In this document: in pieces, positions 1-11,069 of the stretch | Layout: each line of letters begins with the position of its first letter | Position numbering within the stretch: the stretch's first letter is position 1 | Source of the DNA: Lama guanicoe | Taxonomy: Eukaryota | Direction of reading: 5' to 3' | NCBI GenBank assembly: GCA_013239625.1 | Contig: MU053376.1 | Location: forward strand, 2,468,507-2,532,506 | Length of the DNA: 64,000 nt | Translations under genes and position numbers: made by a program | Notes under the pieces: generated by a model | Told to the model about the DNA's origin: nothing | The model's database searches: none | The model's input: the letters and a program-made list of their open reading frames with translations, nothing else

Positions 1-123
1 GGGAGGAGGAGGTGGGGGTCAAAACCAGGAAAGGGGTCAAGGGAACTTTGTGGGAGGGATGGGGTCTGCTCCTTCCTCTCAGAGCAGGAACAGGAGAGTC
101 TTGTGTGGTTTTATGGTTCAGTG

Positions 124-343
124 CAGGGATTAGCAAGTTATGGCTCTTGGACCAGATACAGCTTGCCGCCTGCTTCCGTAAATCAAGTTTTGTTGGAACA
201 CAGCCAAAGTCATTCGTTTATGGATCGTCCTGGCTGCTTCTGTGCCGCCAGGGCAGAACAGAGTCTTTGCAGCAGAGACTGGACAGCTTGCAGTCTACAG
301 CATTTACAATCTGGTCCTTGACAGAAAAGCATTGCTAACCCCT
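124..343 (+). mobile_element. MER58A-like hAT-Charlie non-autonomous DNA transposon
   Basis: TIRs cagggattagcaa...ttgctaacccctg, internal aagttttgttggaacacagcca. Confidence 0.75.
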
Positions 344-1802
344 GGTTTGGTGCATCAAGCTTCCCAAACAAGGAGAGATTTGATGAACGCAGTCTTGTGA
401 GGTTGCTTCACCAAAACACAATAGCCCCAAATCCAGAGAAACGCTTGTAATGTCCCTGCCCTTCCAGGACTATTCACAATGCACCTTGGTGTATTAGAGT
501 GCTCAAAAAATCCTGCGCAAAACCTGTTTGTTGTCTAACCCACATTTCCCAAACTTCTCTGGTCTACCAAACCTTTTTCTCGGGACGCGTCTTAACAGTC
601 CTCAGAAGCTAGGGTTCTGTGATGCCCCTGGAACACACTAGGTAGGTGGAAGGACCCAACACAGGCTGGGATCTCCCTCATCCCTGCTCTGATGAGCTGA
701 GTGACCGTGACTGAATTATACACCTGTAGGGCCTGCTTCCTCATTGGCTGGACGGGATAACCGTGGCTGTCCTCTCTCTCTTACAGGCGGTTCAGGCAGG
801 TCACTGAGATCGTGTGCATGACAAGGGTCAGGAGCTAGGACTCTGGGGTCCTTGACTGTTGATGATGAGTTTTGCTCCGATACCTTGTTTAGCAAAGGCG
901 GAGGGGGGAAGGCACAAGGTCAAGGTTGTGAATTCCCTTTTCTAGCCCTCACTCTGCTATTCCTAACTGGGTTAATTGAGGGACTTTCAACAAGTCACTT
1001 CCCCATGGGGCCTGAGTTCCTTCACCCTGGGCTACCGGTTTTAGACTGGTTAATCTCTGAGGGTCTACTAGCTCTGCAATTCTGTGCTTCCATTTGGTTA
1101 TGACAGGCAACTTCCCTACTCACCCCGGTGGCTCTTTCTCTCCTGAACCTTGCTGACCGCATCACGTTGATTGGACCGGAGCGCGTCTGCGGTCAGCCCC
1201 AGCTACGAGGAGGTAACTAAAGAAGTATTTCTGGTGCTGCTGACAGCTTTGGAGGCAGGGCTGAGCCTTCTGGGAATGTCTACCTGACAATTCTTGACTT
1301 GATAGGCTAGCTTTTCTAGGCTTGCCTTCTCTTCTCTCCCATTGCTCAAGGGCTGCTCTGTCCAAACATGCAGTTCAGACAGCCTGTTGACAGATCCAGC
1401 AAAACAAAAGCATAGATGTGAGTCCTGAAAAGACAGTGGGCCTAAGAGTGGAGCAAAATTCCCCCAACAGGCATGAGGTAAACTGACGATGAAGCAGAAT
1501 CCACATCAAATTCCTCTTTGCCACCTTCTCTCTTATCTGCCCCTCTGACCACAGCCATTTTCCAGCTTCATCAATGGTCCTTGATATCACGGATTTATTT
1601 ATTTTTCTTTGATAGCGCAGATTTATAAGCAGTTGAATAAGAGGAGCTTTATGAAGAAGATGCAGACCTACTGAAAATCCCTCCTCTTCCATGAATTTAG
1701 GAAAATCCCAGAAAATCTTGACTGGGTCAAAAGATTGACAGCGTGATAAGTATGGGGCCAAATGGGGAGGGATGAATTAGGGACAAGTGTTCTTTCCTTT
1801 TT

Positions 1803-1836
1803 TAGGGGGGAGCAGGGAGTAGGTAATTAGGTTTGT

Positions 1837-1884
<48 letters not shown>

Positions 1885-1958
1885 TGGAGGGACTAGGGAT
1901 TGAACCCAGGACCTAGTGCATGCTAAGCATGCGCTCTACCACTGAGCTAGACCCTCCC
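1803..1958 (-). mobile_element. Camelid tRNA-Ala-derived SINE (vic-1 type) with (TTTA)n
   Basis: Reverse complement reads TAGCTCAGTGGTAGAGCGCATGCTTAGCATGC...GGTTCAATCCC (A and B boxes), then (TAAA)n and AAACCTAATTACC. Confidence 0.85.
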
Positions 1959-2079
1959 CTTTGCCAGTTCTCTTCTTTTTGTTCCCTATATTGGGATCTA
2001 TGGGGTCATCTAGGAGACTCCAAAATCCCAAAAGGGATTCAGAGCATCTTCGTGGGCAGGGTCCATTCAGTCACAAATA

Positions 2080-2085
2080 TTTATT
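2080..2085 (-). terminator. Candidate FCAMR polyadenylation signal AATAAA within an L2-like 3' tail
   Basis: tttatt on + strand, about 510 bp past the stop, inside cattcagtcacaaatatttattgg (L2 tail-like sequence). Confidence 0.45.
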
Positions 2086-2592
2086 GGAGGCCCTACGGAG
2101 TTGAAGTTCTCTGGGGACACAGTGAGCTGGATAAAACACAGTTACTGCCCTTAAAGCTTAGAATCTACCTGTAAAGAATATAATTCAGTGTGTGCAGCAG
2201 GCTGAGCGTGAACAGATGTCAGAAAGCCGGGTGGCGGGGGACCTACCAAGGGCTAGGAGTGATGGCTGACAGGAAGCCTCTCATATTTTCAAAATTCCAG
2301 GAACGGAAATTGCACTTTTCCAGGTTCACTGACCTCCACCAGTAATTAACAAATCCTTTCTTGCAGGCTTCTTGGAGTCACACTGTCGCCTTTGGCTGTG
2401 GAAGACGCTTGGCCCAGTGATGTTCAGGCTTTGCTTCCCCAGATGGGGTCCCAGCTCCCCCAACTTCCCTTCATACAGGCGGGGGAAGGAGAAGAGGCTG
2501 GGGTCATGGTGTTTGGTCCTGGTCTTCCTTCTACAGTGGCTGAGCAGCTCATCCTTCTACTCCTTGGGGTCCAGGGTCCCTCTCTGGGGCAG

Positions 2593-2732
2593 TCAGGCTG
2601 CATGGAGATGGGGAGGGTCATCCTGGAGCAGCTTCCTTCCCACCTGGGCCAGCAGATCAGGCTGGACGCTCAGCTCTGGGGACTGTGTCATCTGAATCAA
2701 GGTGACCTTCGATGACTTCTTTATCTCCTGAG
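2593..2732 (-). CDS. FCAMR: FCAMR last coding exon (cytoplasmic tail), stop TGA at 2593-2595
   Basis: gtgcag|CT CAG GAG...; SQEIKKSSKVTLIQMTQSPELSVQPDLLAQVGRKLLQDDPPHLHAA* versus recalled human SQEAERVTLIQMT...RKMLQDD. Confidence 0.92.
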
Positions 2733-3359
2733 CTGCACAGACACAGAGGACACTGTGAGGGCCCTGGGTGCTGAATTCAATTTCCTGAGAATCCCCTGCT
2801 CCCACCACAAGTCTTCAAGAATTTTCTGACACAGAAAACTTGGAACTGAGATCCACCAGGATTGGGCCAGGCCTTCAGGGCCCTGGGTCTAATAATCTTA
2901 GCTCCCAGAACATCTCACCCTTCCTTCACCAGGTCTAAACACCATGGAACACTCCCTTTAGGAGTGTGTAAATCTGGGCCCGTTGCTGTAAGAGACTTTC
3001 AGCTGGGCCGTGCAGAGAGGGCAAATGTAGTTTGGTTCCACATCTGGGCCCTGCACTCCTGCTACCTGCAGCCAGGGCTGCTCGTGTAGTTCGTACACCT
3101 ACAGTTGGCCACTTCTTGCCATCCTCCGAAGAACTTCTCCTAAAGCTCTGGGATGCCACTGAGACCTAAATGCGTGGATGCTTTTCTCATCTGATTGATA
3201 AAGAAATCAAGGAAGGCCCAGCTCACGAAATGGCTCAGACTAACATTTCTACATCTAGGAGTCCTGGCACCAAGTCTGACCTCACCCAGACCTGAGAGTG
3301 TCAGGTGGAAACAAGCGCTCCCCTCTCCAGCCTTGGGGGCGACTTTCAATTCCACTCAC

Positions 3360-3478
3360 AGTTCCTCTTTCTCTGGAGCTTCCTTCGCAACAGAACAAGA
3401 GCCGCCAGCGTCAGCAGGAACAGCATGGTGGAGAGTGGAGCCAGGACCCGAGAGATGCTTGTCCCTTCCAGAGGCACA
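3360..3478 (-). CDS. FCAMR: FCAMR transmembrane exon, 119 bp
   Basis: ctccag|T...AACT|gtgagt. Encodes SVPLEGTSISRVLAPLSTMLFLLTLAALVLLRRKLQRKRN, a hydrophobic helix followed by a basic stop-transfer segment. Confidence 0.93.
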
Positions 3479-4114
3479 CTGGAGCGGAAGTAGCAGGAGT
3501 GGGGATGGGAAAGCACAGGAGAGGTGAGGTTGGAGCTGGGCAGGGGTCTGAAGACCCTTCAGCCCTCATCTCTCGTTCTACAGGGGAGAAGCAAGCCGGC
3601 TGTCCTCACTCCCATGGAGGGCTGGCTACAGAGATGGGACCAGACCCCTGTCTTCAGGGTCCCAGGCCCTGCATCCTTTTCCCTACTCCACTGCCTGTGC
3701 GTGGGCCCCACTGATGGGCCACCATGCAAAAGAGAACTGAGTGAGGTCAGGGAATCTAAGCTTGGCACTGGGCTCTGCCACAATCTTTCCTTGTGGTTCA
3801 CTGAGTCACCTCCCCTGCTGGAGCTTTGTTTCCTGATCTTAAAAAAAAAAAAAGTCCCAAAGGTCCCACCTAAATATTCTGTTATTTTATTGTTGAGATT
3901 TTTCCTTGAAAATCACATGAAAATACCCAGATGGCATTCTCCCAGCAAGGACCCTTGAATGAGGGAGGATTCTGACTTTGCATCCCTTGCTTTTTTACTG
4001 TCTTGCAGTTACAAAAGGGAGAGGAGAGAGCAGATGGAGAGGGGCACATGGGTCAGCTCACTGAAGGGGCCTGGAAAGGGATGGGGCAACCAAGAGGGGG
4101 TCCTTGGGGTTTAC

Positions 4115-4871
4115 CTCTTCATGGAGGAGTCCTTGCCTGGGGGCCTGAGGGGCCCTGCTTCCAGGGCCTGGCTCGGCGTTGCTTGGGGACCACCATCTCC
4201 AGGAGGGGTGTCTAGGTCCCCTTCACCGCTTCCCTCGGCAGAGGCCATCTCTATGCTGGTCGGCCCCAGGGTCCACACAACTGCAGCTGGTGTAGTTCCT
4301 TCAATGGAGTCCAGGGCTTGTGGCTTAGAAACCAACGTTTCACCGTGGAGGGTTGTCCACATCCATTTTTCTAAGACCCAGTTTGATGGCCTAATTGTCC
4401 CTATGACCTTCCCAGCTGTGTGCAGGGCTGTACTGACCCTCTGTGTTTCCCCCCTTTGCCCATCCGCCCCAGTCGTTGTCGCCCTCTCTCTTCTGCTGGC
4501 CCTGGTCCTGTTTGCGTCTGAGCTTCTGGTACCCCAAACCTTAGCAGCTTTTGTAGTACTGGACACACTTTTGATTGTTGAAGCTGGACTCAGTGGAGTG
4601 GGGACCGTTGCCCAGATGGGACCCCCTACCTGGCCACCTGTCCCTGGAGCTATGGTCGCAGTTGCTTCTGGGGTTTGCCTTCCCTTAGCTAAAGCTGTTG
4701 TTTTGCTAGTGTCTAGAGTCAGAGTAACACTGTCCCATCCTGTCCCCTGTCTTTCTATAGTCTGGATGGTTCCACGTGTCCATCTGTTGGCTGCTGGTGA
4801 TGCTGTTTCAGAGGATCCCATGTTGGGCTCACCAGCAGCCGGAGTGGCTGTGGGGATGGTTCTGGAAAGAC
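4115..4871 (-). CDS. FCAMR: FCAMR mucin-like Ser/Thr/Pro-rich stalk exon, 757 bp
   Basis: cacag|GT CTT...AAG AG|gtaa. Open frame GLSRTIPTATPAAGE...PPGKDSSMK, colinear with the recalled human stalk. Phases 1 to 2 fit the neighbouring exons. Confidence 0.95.
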
Positions 4872-5824
4872 CTGTGTGAACAGCAAAGGAAAACCAAATG
4901 AGAAAGCTATCCGGGTTGCCTATGGCATTTAGCAATGATGCCAGTCTTGAGGTCTTTGCTATGTGGAATGGGACCTCACTGAGCAATGCAAACTTTGGCC
5001 AGTATGTTGGACAAAATAAAACATTGGGAAAACCAGATTTATCCTCCACTCTGTTGCAAATATTGACACTTTATGTTCCAATCTCCTTCTTTTATGCCCA
5101 CATGCTCTCTCTCCACTTGCCCCAGGACCCCATGCTGTCCCCTTTCCTAGAAGCCCACAGCCAACCATGTATTTCTCTTCAAATAAGAAAAAAAAGAATT
5201 TTAGTTGCATTAGAGAGGGCAATCACAGCAGACGGTTAGATTGCAACATCTAACCAAACAAGCCCACCCTCCGGTGCTCTCGTGCCTGCCTGCACCATCT
5301 CTCCGGCAGACTGGCCTTTCACAGCCTGGATGCCCTGCGTGTCTGCACACTCTGGGCACCTGACTGGGGACCATCTCTGTGGAACTGGCCACCCAGGGCG
5401 TGGACCTGGTAGCTGTCGGATGTCTGCTGAGGAGCTCAGTCTCAGGAAGAGCCCAGTCCTCATTCTTCTGTCCTGCCCGTCTTACCTGCCCTGCAGGTCT
5501 GAACAGACATCATGACCATAAGACACCACATTATGCAATTCACCACCTTCATGGAACTCTCTTCAAATATATATGCCTCAGCATTTGGAGGGAATTGGGT
5601 AGAACAGCTTACTTGGCGGGGAGGTCTTCCCTAACACCTATCTTCCTTCTGAAGGGGGTTTCCTTCTGAAATGAAAGCCTACATCTTAAAGCCCTTGCCC
5701 TTCCCCAGCTTGTCATCATCACTTCCTTCGTGTTTAAAGCCCCCTTGGACCTCAGTATCTTCTGTTGCCCCCTACCTCCAGCATTCATTTCACCAAACTT
5801 GCCCCGCCGGCCAGCAGCCCATAC

Positions 5825-6163
5825 CTGCAGAGACGGTCAGGTTCATGCTGAAGAACAGCATGTCGTTTGAGTTTCCAATGCCACAGCGGTAGCGCCCCAC
5901 ATCCTCCGGGGACAGCTGGGACAGCCTCACCACAAAAAAGCCTTTTTGCGGGAAGTCTGTTAGAGACACGCGGCCGTGGTAGTGTCGCTGCGTGTAGTGG
6001 TTGGTGGAAACGACAGTGTGGCAGAGCCACGGCCGGGGGCTCAGGCGGCACCAGTACTTCCTCTGGTGGCTGTTGATGAGCAAGGGGGCGTAACGGCACT
6101 GGATGGTGACAGATCCCCCAAGCTCCCCAGACACCAGCCTCGGGCCTTTCAACGCATTCGCAG
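5825..6163 (-). CDS. FCAMR: FCAMR Ig V-set domain exon, 339 bp, phase 1-1
   Basis: ctgcag|CT...GCAG|gtat. [23 protein letters not shown]...RKYWC...DVGRYRCG...MNLTVSA is a pIgR-D1/CD300-like V domain with both Cys pairs. Confidence 0.97.
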
Positions 6164-6316
6164 CTGCAGGCAGAGAGAAAAAAATAAAGTCCAAGTGGAA
6201 AGAACACTGAATTTGTCATTGTTTGGGGGAGATTTGAGCTCCAAACTTGGCCAGAATTAAGGGGCAGTTCAGAAAATAACCTCTGTGAAAGTGAAGGTAA
6301 AAAGAATCAATACAGA

Positions 6317-6594
6317 CCTTGTCGTATAATTTTTTTTTATATCTAGTAGTTAGTATCTGCAAATTCCAAACTCCCAATTTATCCCTCCCCACCCCTTTCC
6401 CCCTCTGTTAACCACAGGTTTGTTTTCTGTCTGTGGGTCTACTGTACAGCACAGAGAACTATATTCAATACCTTGTAATAAGCTATAATGAAACAGAATA
6501 TGAAAAGGAATATATATATAAATATATCTGAATCACTATGCTGTATGCCAGAAATTAACACGTTGTAAATTGATTCTACTGTAATAATAAAAAC
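6317..6594 (+). mobile_element. 5'-inverted (twin-primed) L1 3'-end insertion in a FCAMR intron
   Basis: About 6317-6440 is antisense L1 3'UTR and about 6443-6594 is sense L1 tail. TSD aaagaatcaata(c/t)aga at 6301-6316 and 6595-6610. Confidence 0.85.
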
Positions 6595-8957
6595 AAAGAA
6601 TCAATATAGAAATATCAGAGTTTAGACATTAGGTCAGGAGTAGCCCCAAGATATGGGCAGAGCTGTGTCCAAGTTCAGAGAGATGGAAATGCAAGAATAA
6701 TATTACCCACTACTTAGCTAACCACTGTTTAGCTTCTCATGTGCCAGGGGATTTTGTGCATGTCTGTCCAGAGCCTGGGTTCATTCCACTGGGCTCCAAT
6801 GCAGATGTTTAAAAAGCTGCCCTCTGCACCTGTGAGAGGGCCAGGGCAACCTCTGATGGAAGGGCTGTGGTTTGTTTGCATGGAATGTAAAGGAGAGATG
6901 TGAAATAATAAGAACAGATGAGTGTGCTTTCTGCTGAAAGGAGACAGTGCCCGGAGGTACAAGAATCGTGGTCTGCTTGGTGGGTACATCCCCAGACCAG
7001 CGCTTGCGGAGATGTTCATTCTGGCCACTCTTTTCTAGAAATGGAAACAAGCAAGTGCCACCGTCAAGGCACAGAAAAGCAGTGTTGTGACTTTGCCTGC
7101 TTTGGTAGTAGGCTTAAATCACAGTCGAAGCACAGTATATGGCCCTTTTACTGAATGCCTTAAATTTGACCGGATGCAAGCAGAGACACAGTTTATTCTC
7201 TCTCTCACTGTGTCTTCAAACTCCCTCTGTGGACTTCTCGGCTCCTTGATGAAATCTCAGGCATAATTTCAAGAACAGTAGCTTTCATAGTCTTACTTGG
7301 AGAAGAAAAAATCCAGTCCAATGACTGTTGCATCTCCAATCTTACCCAGTTCAAGCCTTTTCCTTTCTCCCAACTACGCTCGGAGGCCTGGTGTGGAAGC
7401 GGGGGGCAGGTCGGGGTCTCTTGCTCCACTTGACCCCTTTCTCTACTCAGAAGTGCTGTTTGGAGCCCCTCCGGGATTGAGTGAGGAGGGAAGAGGGGAG
7501 AGGTGTGTGGGCAGTTGTGATTGTCTCGTGCTGCTCAGGGCAAGCTGATGTCCTGTGCTGAGTCCTCTTTTGACTCCCAGGTCCCCTTTCCTGCTGGTCT
7601 TTTATGACTCCTCCATCACCACCAACCCTATGACTTTGGGCCACACTCCTCTCTGGGGGGCCCTCTTGGTGGAGGTCCCAGGCCAGCTCCTTTCTGTGGG
7701 ACCCACATGTGGCCCTAGGAAGCACAGCTTTGTCCTGCTGTCAGGAGAGACCTGGGACACATGGCAAGCTCACTGTCTTCCTAGAAGTTCCTTCTCTTAC
7801 CTGGCTTCAAGTGGGGGGAGGGGGAGGTGATCACTCTTGTTCTCCAGGGGCAGGTGGCAGAGAGCATAACACACTGACCACTCTCTCCAAAACAGCTCTC
7901 CTGCTCTCTGACAGCTCTTCAGGTGACTCCATGCTGGGCTCTCGCTGGAACAACCAGCTTCGCCATCTCTTTCCAGAGTCCTGCCCAGATGAGTCAACAT
8001 CTTGTTTTGAATGTGGTTGCCTGACATCTATCAATTTGTTCTATGTCTTTAGCACCTCTGAACCTAAGAAAGTTCAAGCTTGTTGCCAGGACTGGCTACA
8101 TAATCTGCAAGGCCCTGGGACAAAATACAAAGGCAGGACCCGATGTTCAAAAGCTGTTCAGGATCTCACTACGGGAATAGCAGAGCATTAAACCGAGCAC
8201 CTTCTCCACGGGGCCCCGTGTGACTGCACGGGGCACATGCCTAGAACGCTGGCCCTGCCTGTTGCTTTTGTCTCAAAGTCTCATCATAGGAAGAGTCAAA
8301 GCCACAAATGTTATGGATGAATCAGTAATCATTGTAGGTTTAATCAAATGACCCACGACAAGCATGCCACTATTGATAAGAGTTAAATGGCAACTTACTG
8401 TTAAAAACCAAAAATATTTATAATTACCAACAAGAAACCATCTCAGGATGACAGTGATGGTGCCCCAATAAAGGGTTCACACCCCAGATTTCAGGAATCT
8501 GTGTGTGATTTACACGTGGTTTGGGCGGGAGGATTAATGCACCCTATTTGTCAGCAGGAAGGGCAGTTCTGACTTTGCAGTTGAAAGCTGATTAGGGATT
8601 GCAACTCTCGCAATGAACATTTCTTTCTTTTATTAATACCAAATTGCACTTACCCTCAAGAACTCATTTGGGAGATGAGTAGCTCTTGCTTGTATGTAAT
8701 TAAGGTTTTTGGAATTTTCTACTAGGTGTCTAGGAGAATTAAAGGAAGGCTGGCATTTTAGGACCAGTGATGTCCCCCTCAAAGGGTCCCTTCGGTGAGG
8801 GTGGTGCCCCTATTCTCCTTCACCAGTCACCTCCCGGCTGTTGTCATTGTATGGCTCCAATCAGATTGGGACTGCCTCGGGGGGAGACTGGAGCCTGACT
8901 TGGTCAGAGGAAGTGCAAAGGGTCTGCGGTAGGAGCAGGGAGAGCAGAAGTTGCCCC

Positions 8958-9077
8958 TGAGATGGAGCGCTCCTCCCACCAGCAGAGGTGGGAGGAAGGT
9001 GTGCGTGTTTCCCTGGGGAGAGAGCCAGCCCAGCCACCTGAGATGGGGTCTTTCGCCTGGAGGGGCCAAAGCAGAAC
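8958..9077 (-). pseudogene. FCAMR: Degenerate FCAMR exon (homologue of the human GSSFALP...EESSFA exon): frameshifted, donor lost
   Basis: Acceptor cag|GTTCTG is intact. Frame A gives GSALAPPGERPHLRWL. Homology continues in another frame as GSLPRETRTPSSHLCWWEERSIS. The expected donor reads TCAG|GGGCAA with no GT. Confidence 0.75.
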
Positions 9078-10488
9078 CTGGGGCACAGGGAGGAAATGAG
9101 CCATCAGGGGGCCATCTAAGGGTCCACAAGACACTCAACAGAGGAAGAGCGAGCCCTAGACCCCCGCCCGGCCGGCCAGAGAGCTCCAGATCATCCCATC
9201 AAGTGAGACCTGCCTGCCTCCTGCCTCTCCTCCCACCCGCTGCTGTGACCCTGCTGGGATCCCAAACGCGCTGGCTGCTTCCACCTGGAGGAGAAAGAGC
9301 AGGGGAGGGGAGAAGGCGGCCCCTAAACCCCCTCCTGCCTTCCTGACTGCAGATCTAGGCTGGCGAGGGGGGCGTATCTTTGAATGAAGATTAAACTGCT
9401 AACTAAAATACTTAGCTGGACACTTAACATGATCAAATTTAGAACTTTAAAGGAATTAAGTTAGGACTATCACCTGTACTTTAGAAGAAAAATTGTGAGC
9501 TTGCCTGACTTTTCATTTAGGAGCAGGGGAAACCTACTCTTACTGAAATATTTTAAAGGGAGCCATGGAGATTCAGATAAAGAGCTGGTGTGATTATATT
9601 ACAAAGAGCTCTTGCTCAAATATTAGCTACTTTTGATTCATTACGATTTTGATTTGTTTATAAGCCAAACACAATGGGGTTTTTTTTTGGGTATTAGAAC
9701 ATTTATTCATTCATTTTTGTTTTCTTTCAGCAATTACATTTGTTAGAGCATCTACTTGGGACTAGGTTCTAGGTACCAGACACTCTAGACGTACACTCAT
9801 TATATTCCTCAATGGCTCCCCATTACCATCAAAATAAAACCAGACACCACAACACAGAGATGGGGCCATTGGTCATGTGGGCCTGATCATCACACCAGCC
9901 TGCCAGGACCTATAGGGCAGGGATCCTGTCTTCCATCCATCTGTCCCTAGTGCCTGGCACATGTTAGGTCCTCCATAAGCGTGTGCTGACCAAATACGTA
10001 AATGCATAGATGTGATTCATATTCATGCATCTGGTTTCTTTGCAGAATCTACACTCTTTTAAGGAGAGCAGTGTCTTCATCTTTATGTCCCCAGTATTGG
10101 GCCTGGCACTTGGTGTTTTTAGAATGAGTGGTAATAAAGCAGGGCTACCTCTGTCTATTGCATGCCCGGGAACCCATATCTTGCAAATGCAGCCAACTTT
10201 CAGTTATCAACTTGAATGAAAGACAGCAGGGACATATCATAACTGCATATTCCAGAAGTTGTCAAGTCAGGAGTATGCCCTCTCACGTAAGCTCTTGTCT
10301 CCCTCCTTCCTTCTGGGCCCAGATCTGATCACCCCCCAGATCCATGGCCTAGCCTTGGATCCCAGGGGAGCAAGCCATGGGGATACCCAAACTACGGAGG
10401 GGGTGCTGGCTGCCACTGAGATGCCCGCCAGGCACGTCTGCAGCCCGGAATGTGCGAGTTCTGAATCTGGGCTGAGTTTGGGACTCAC

Positions 10489-10549
10489 CCTGCAGCAGGC
10501 ACAGCATGAGGAGGACGGGCGTTTTCCATCCTGCCCTCTGGTTGGTGAC
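10489..10549 (-). CDS. FCAMR: FCAMR leader (signal-peptide) exon, 61 bp
   Basis: ttttttgcag|GTCACC...CTGCAGG|gtgagt. Translates VTNQRAGWKTPVLLMLCLLQ-G, matching recalled human VTSRRAGWKMPLFLILCLLQG. Ends in phase 1. Confidence 0.88.
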
Positions 10550-11069
10550 CTGCAAAAAAACACCCGGTGAAAAGGCCTGAGAGGAGGCGAGTTCTCTCAG
10601 CCTGGCGGGTGGCCCCGGGGGTCCAGGCGAGCCTTTTCTCCCTCTGGGATCTCAGTTTGCTCGGTGCTGGGACTGGATCAGCTCCATCTAAGAGCAGGAC
10701 AGAAACTGCCCTCTGAGAGAAGCAGGGCTCCATCCTTCCACTCGCTCCCCCCAGGCACCCCGCTCCCCGCCCCGTCCAACACCGGCATGCACATTTGGCT
10801 GGGGCCATCGCCACCAAGGCTAGAACGCCCCCTACTCTGGAGGTTTCTGTGTGCAGAGGGGTGCAACACCCTCTACTGGGTACCAGCCCCTGCACCCACT
10901 TGCTGGCATGGAGCTCTGGGTTTGGGGGTGCATCATGCAGTGGAAAGACTCCAAGCTTCAAGCTTAAACCTTCGCTGGAATTGAGGAGCCTTAGAAAGAC
11001 TACTCAGCCTTGGCGATTGCCTTCCTCTGCAGGGGAGTGGGAGACTGTCGGGGCTGTCGTGCCGCCCAA

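Noticed and set aside
1885..1958. tRNA-Ala-like sequences here and at seven other sites
   Set aside because: Diverged SINE heads with AT-rich tails and TSDs, not tRNA genes.
3959..4879. 306-aa plus-strand ORF with a hydrophobic stretch
   Set aside because: Antisense shadow of the FCAMR stalk exon; no independent evidence.
7831..7860. PGEQE peptide resembling the human FCAMR exon-1 end PGEQK
   Set aside because: Lies downstream of the leader exon, in the wrong order, with no donor; coincidence.
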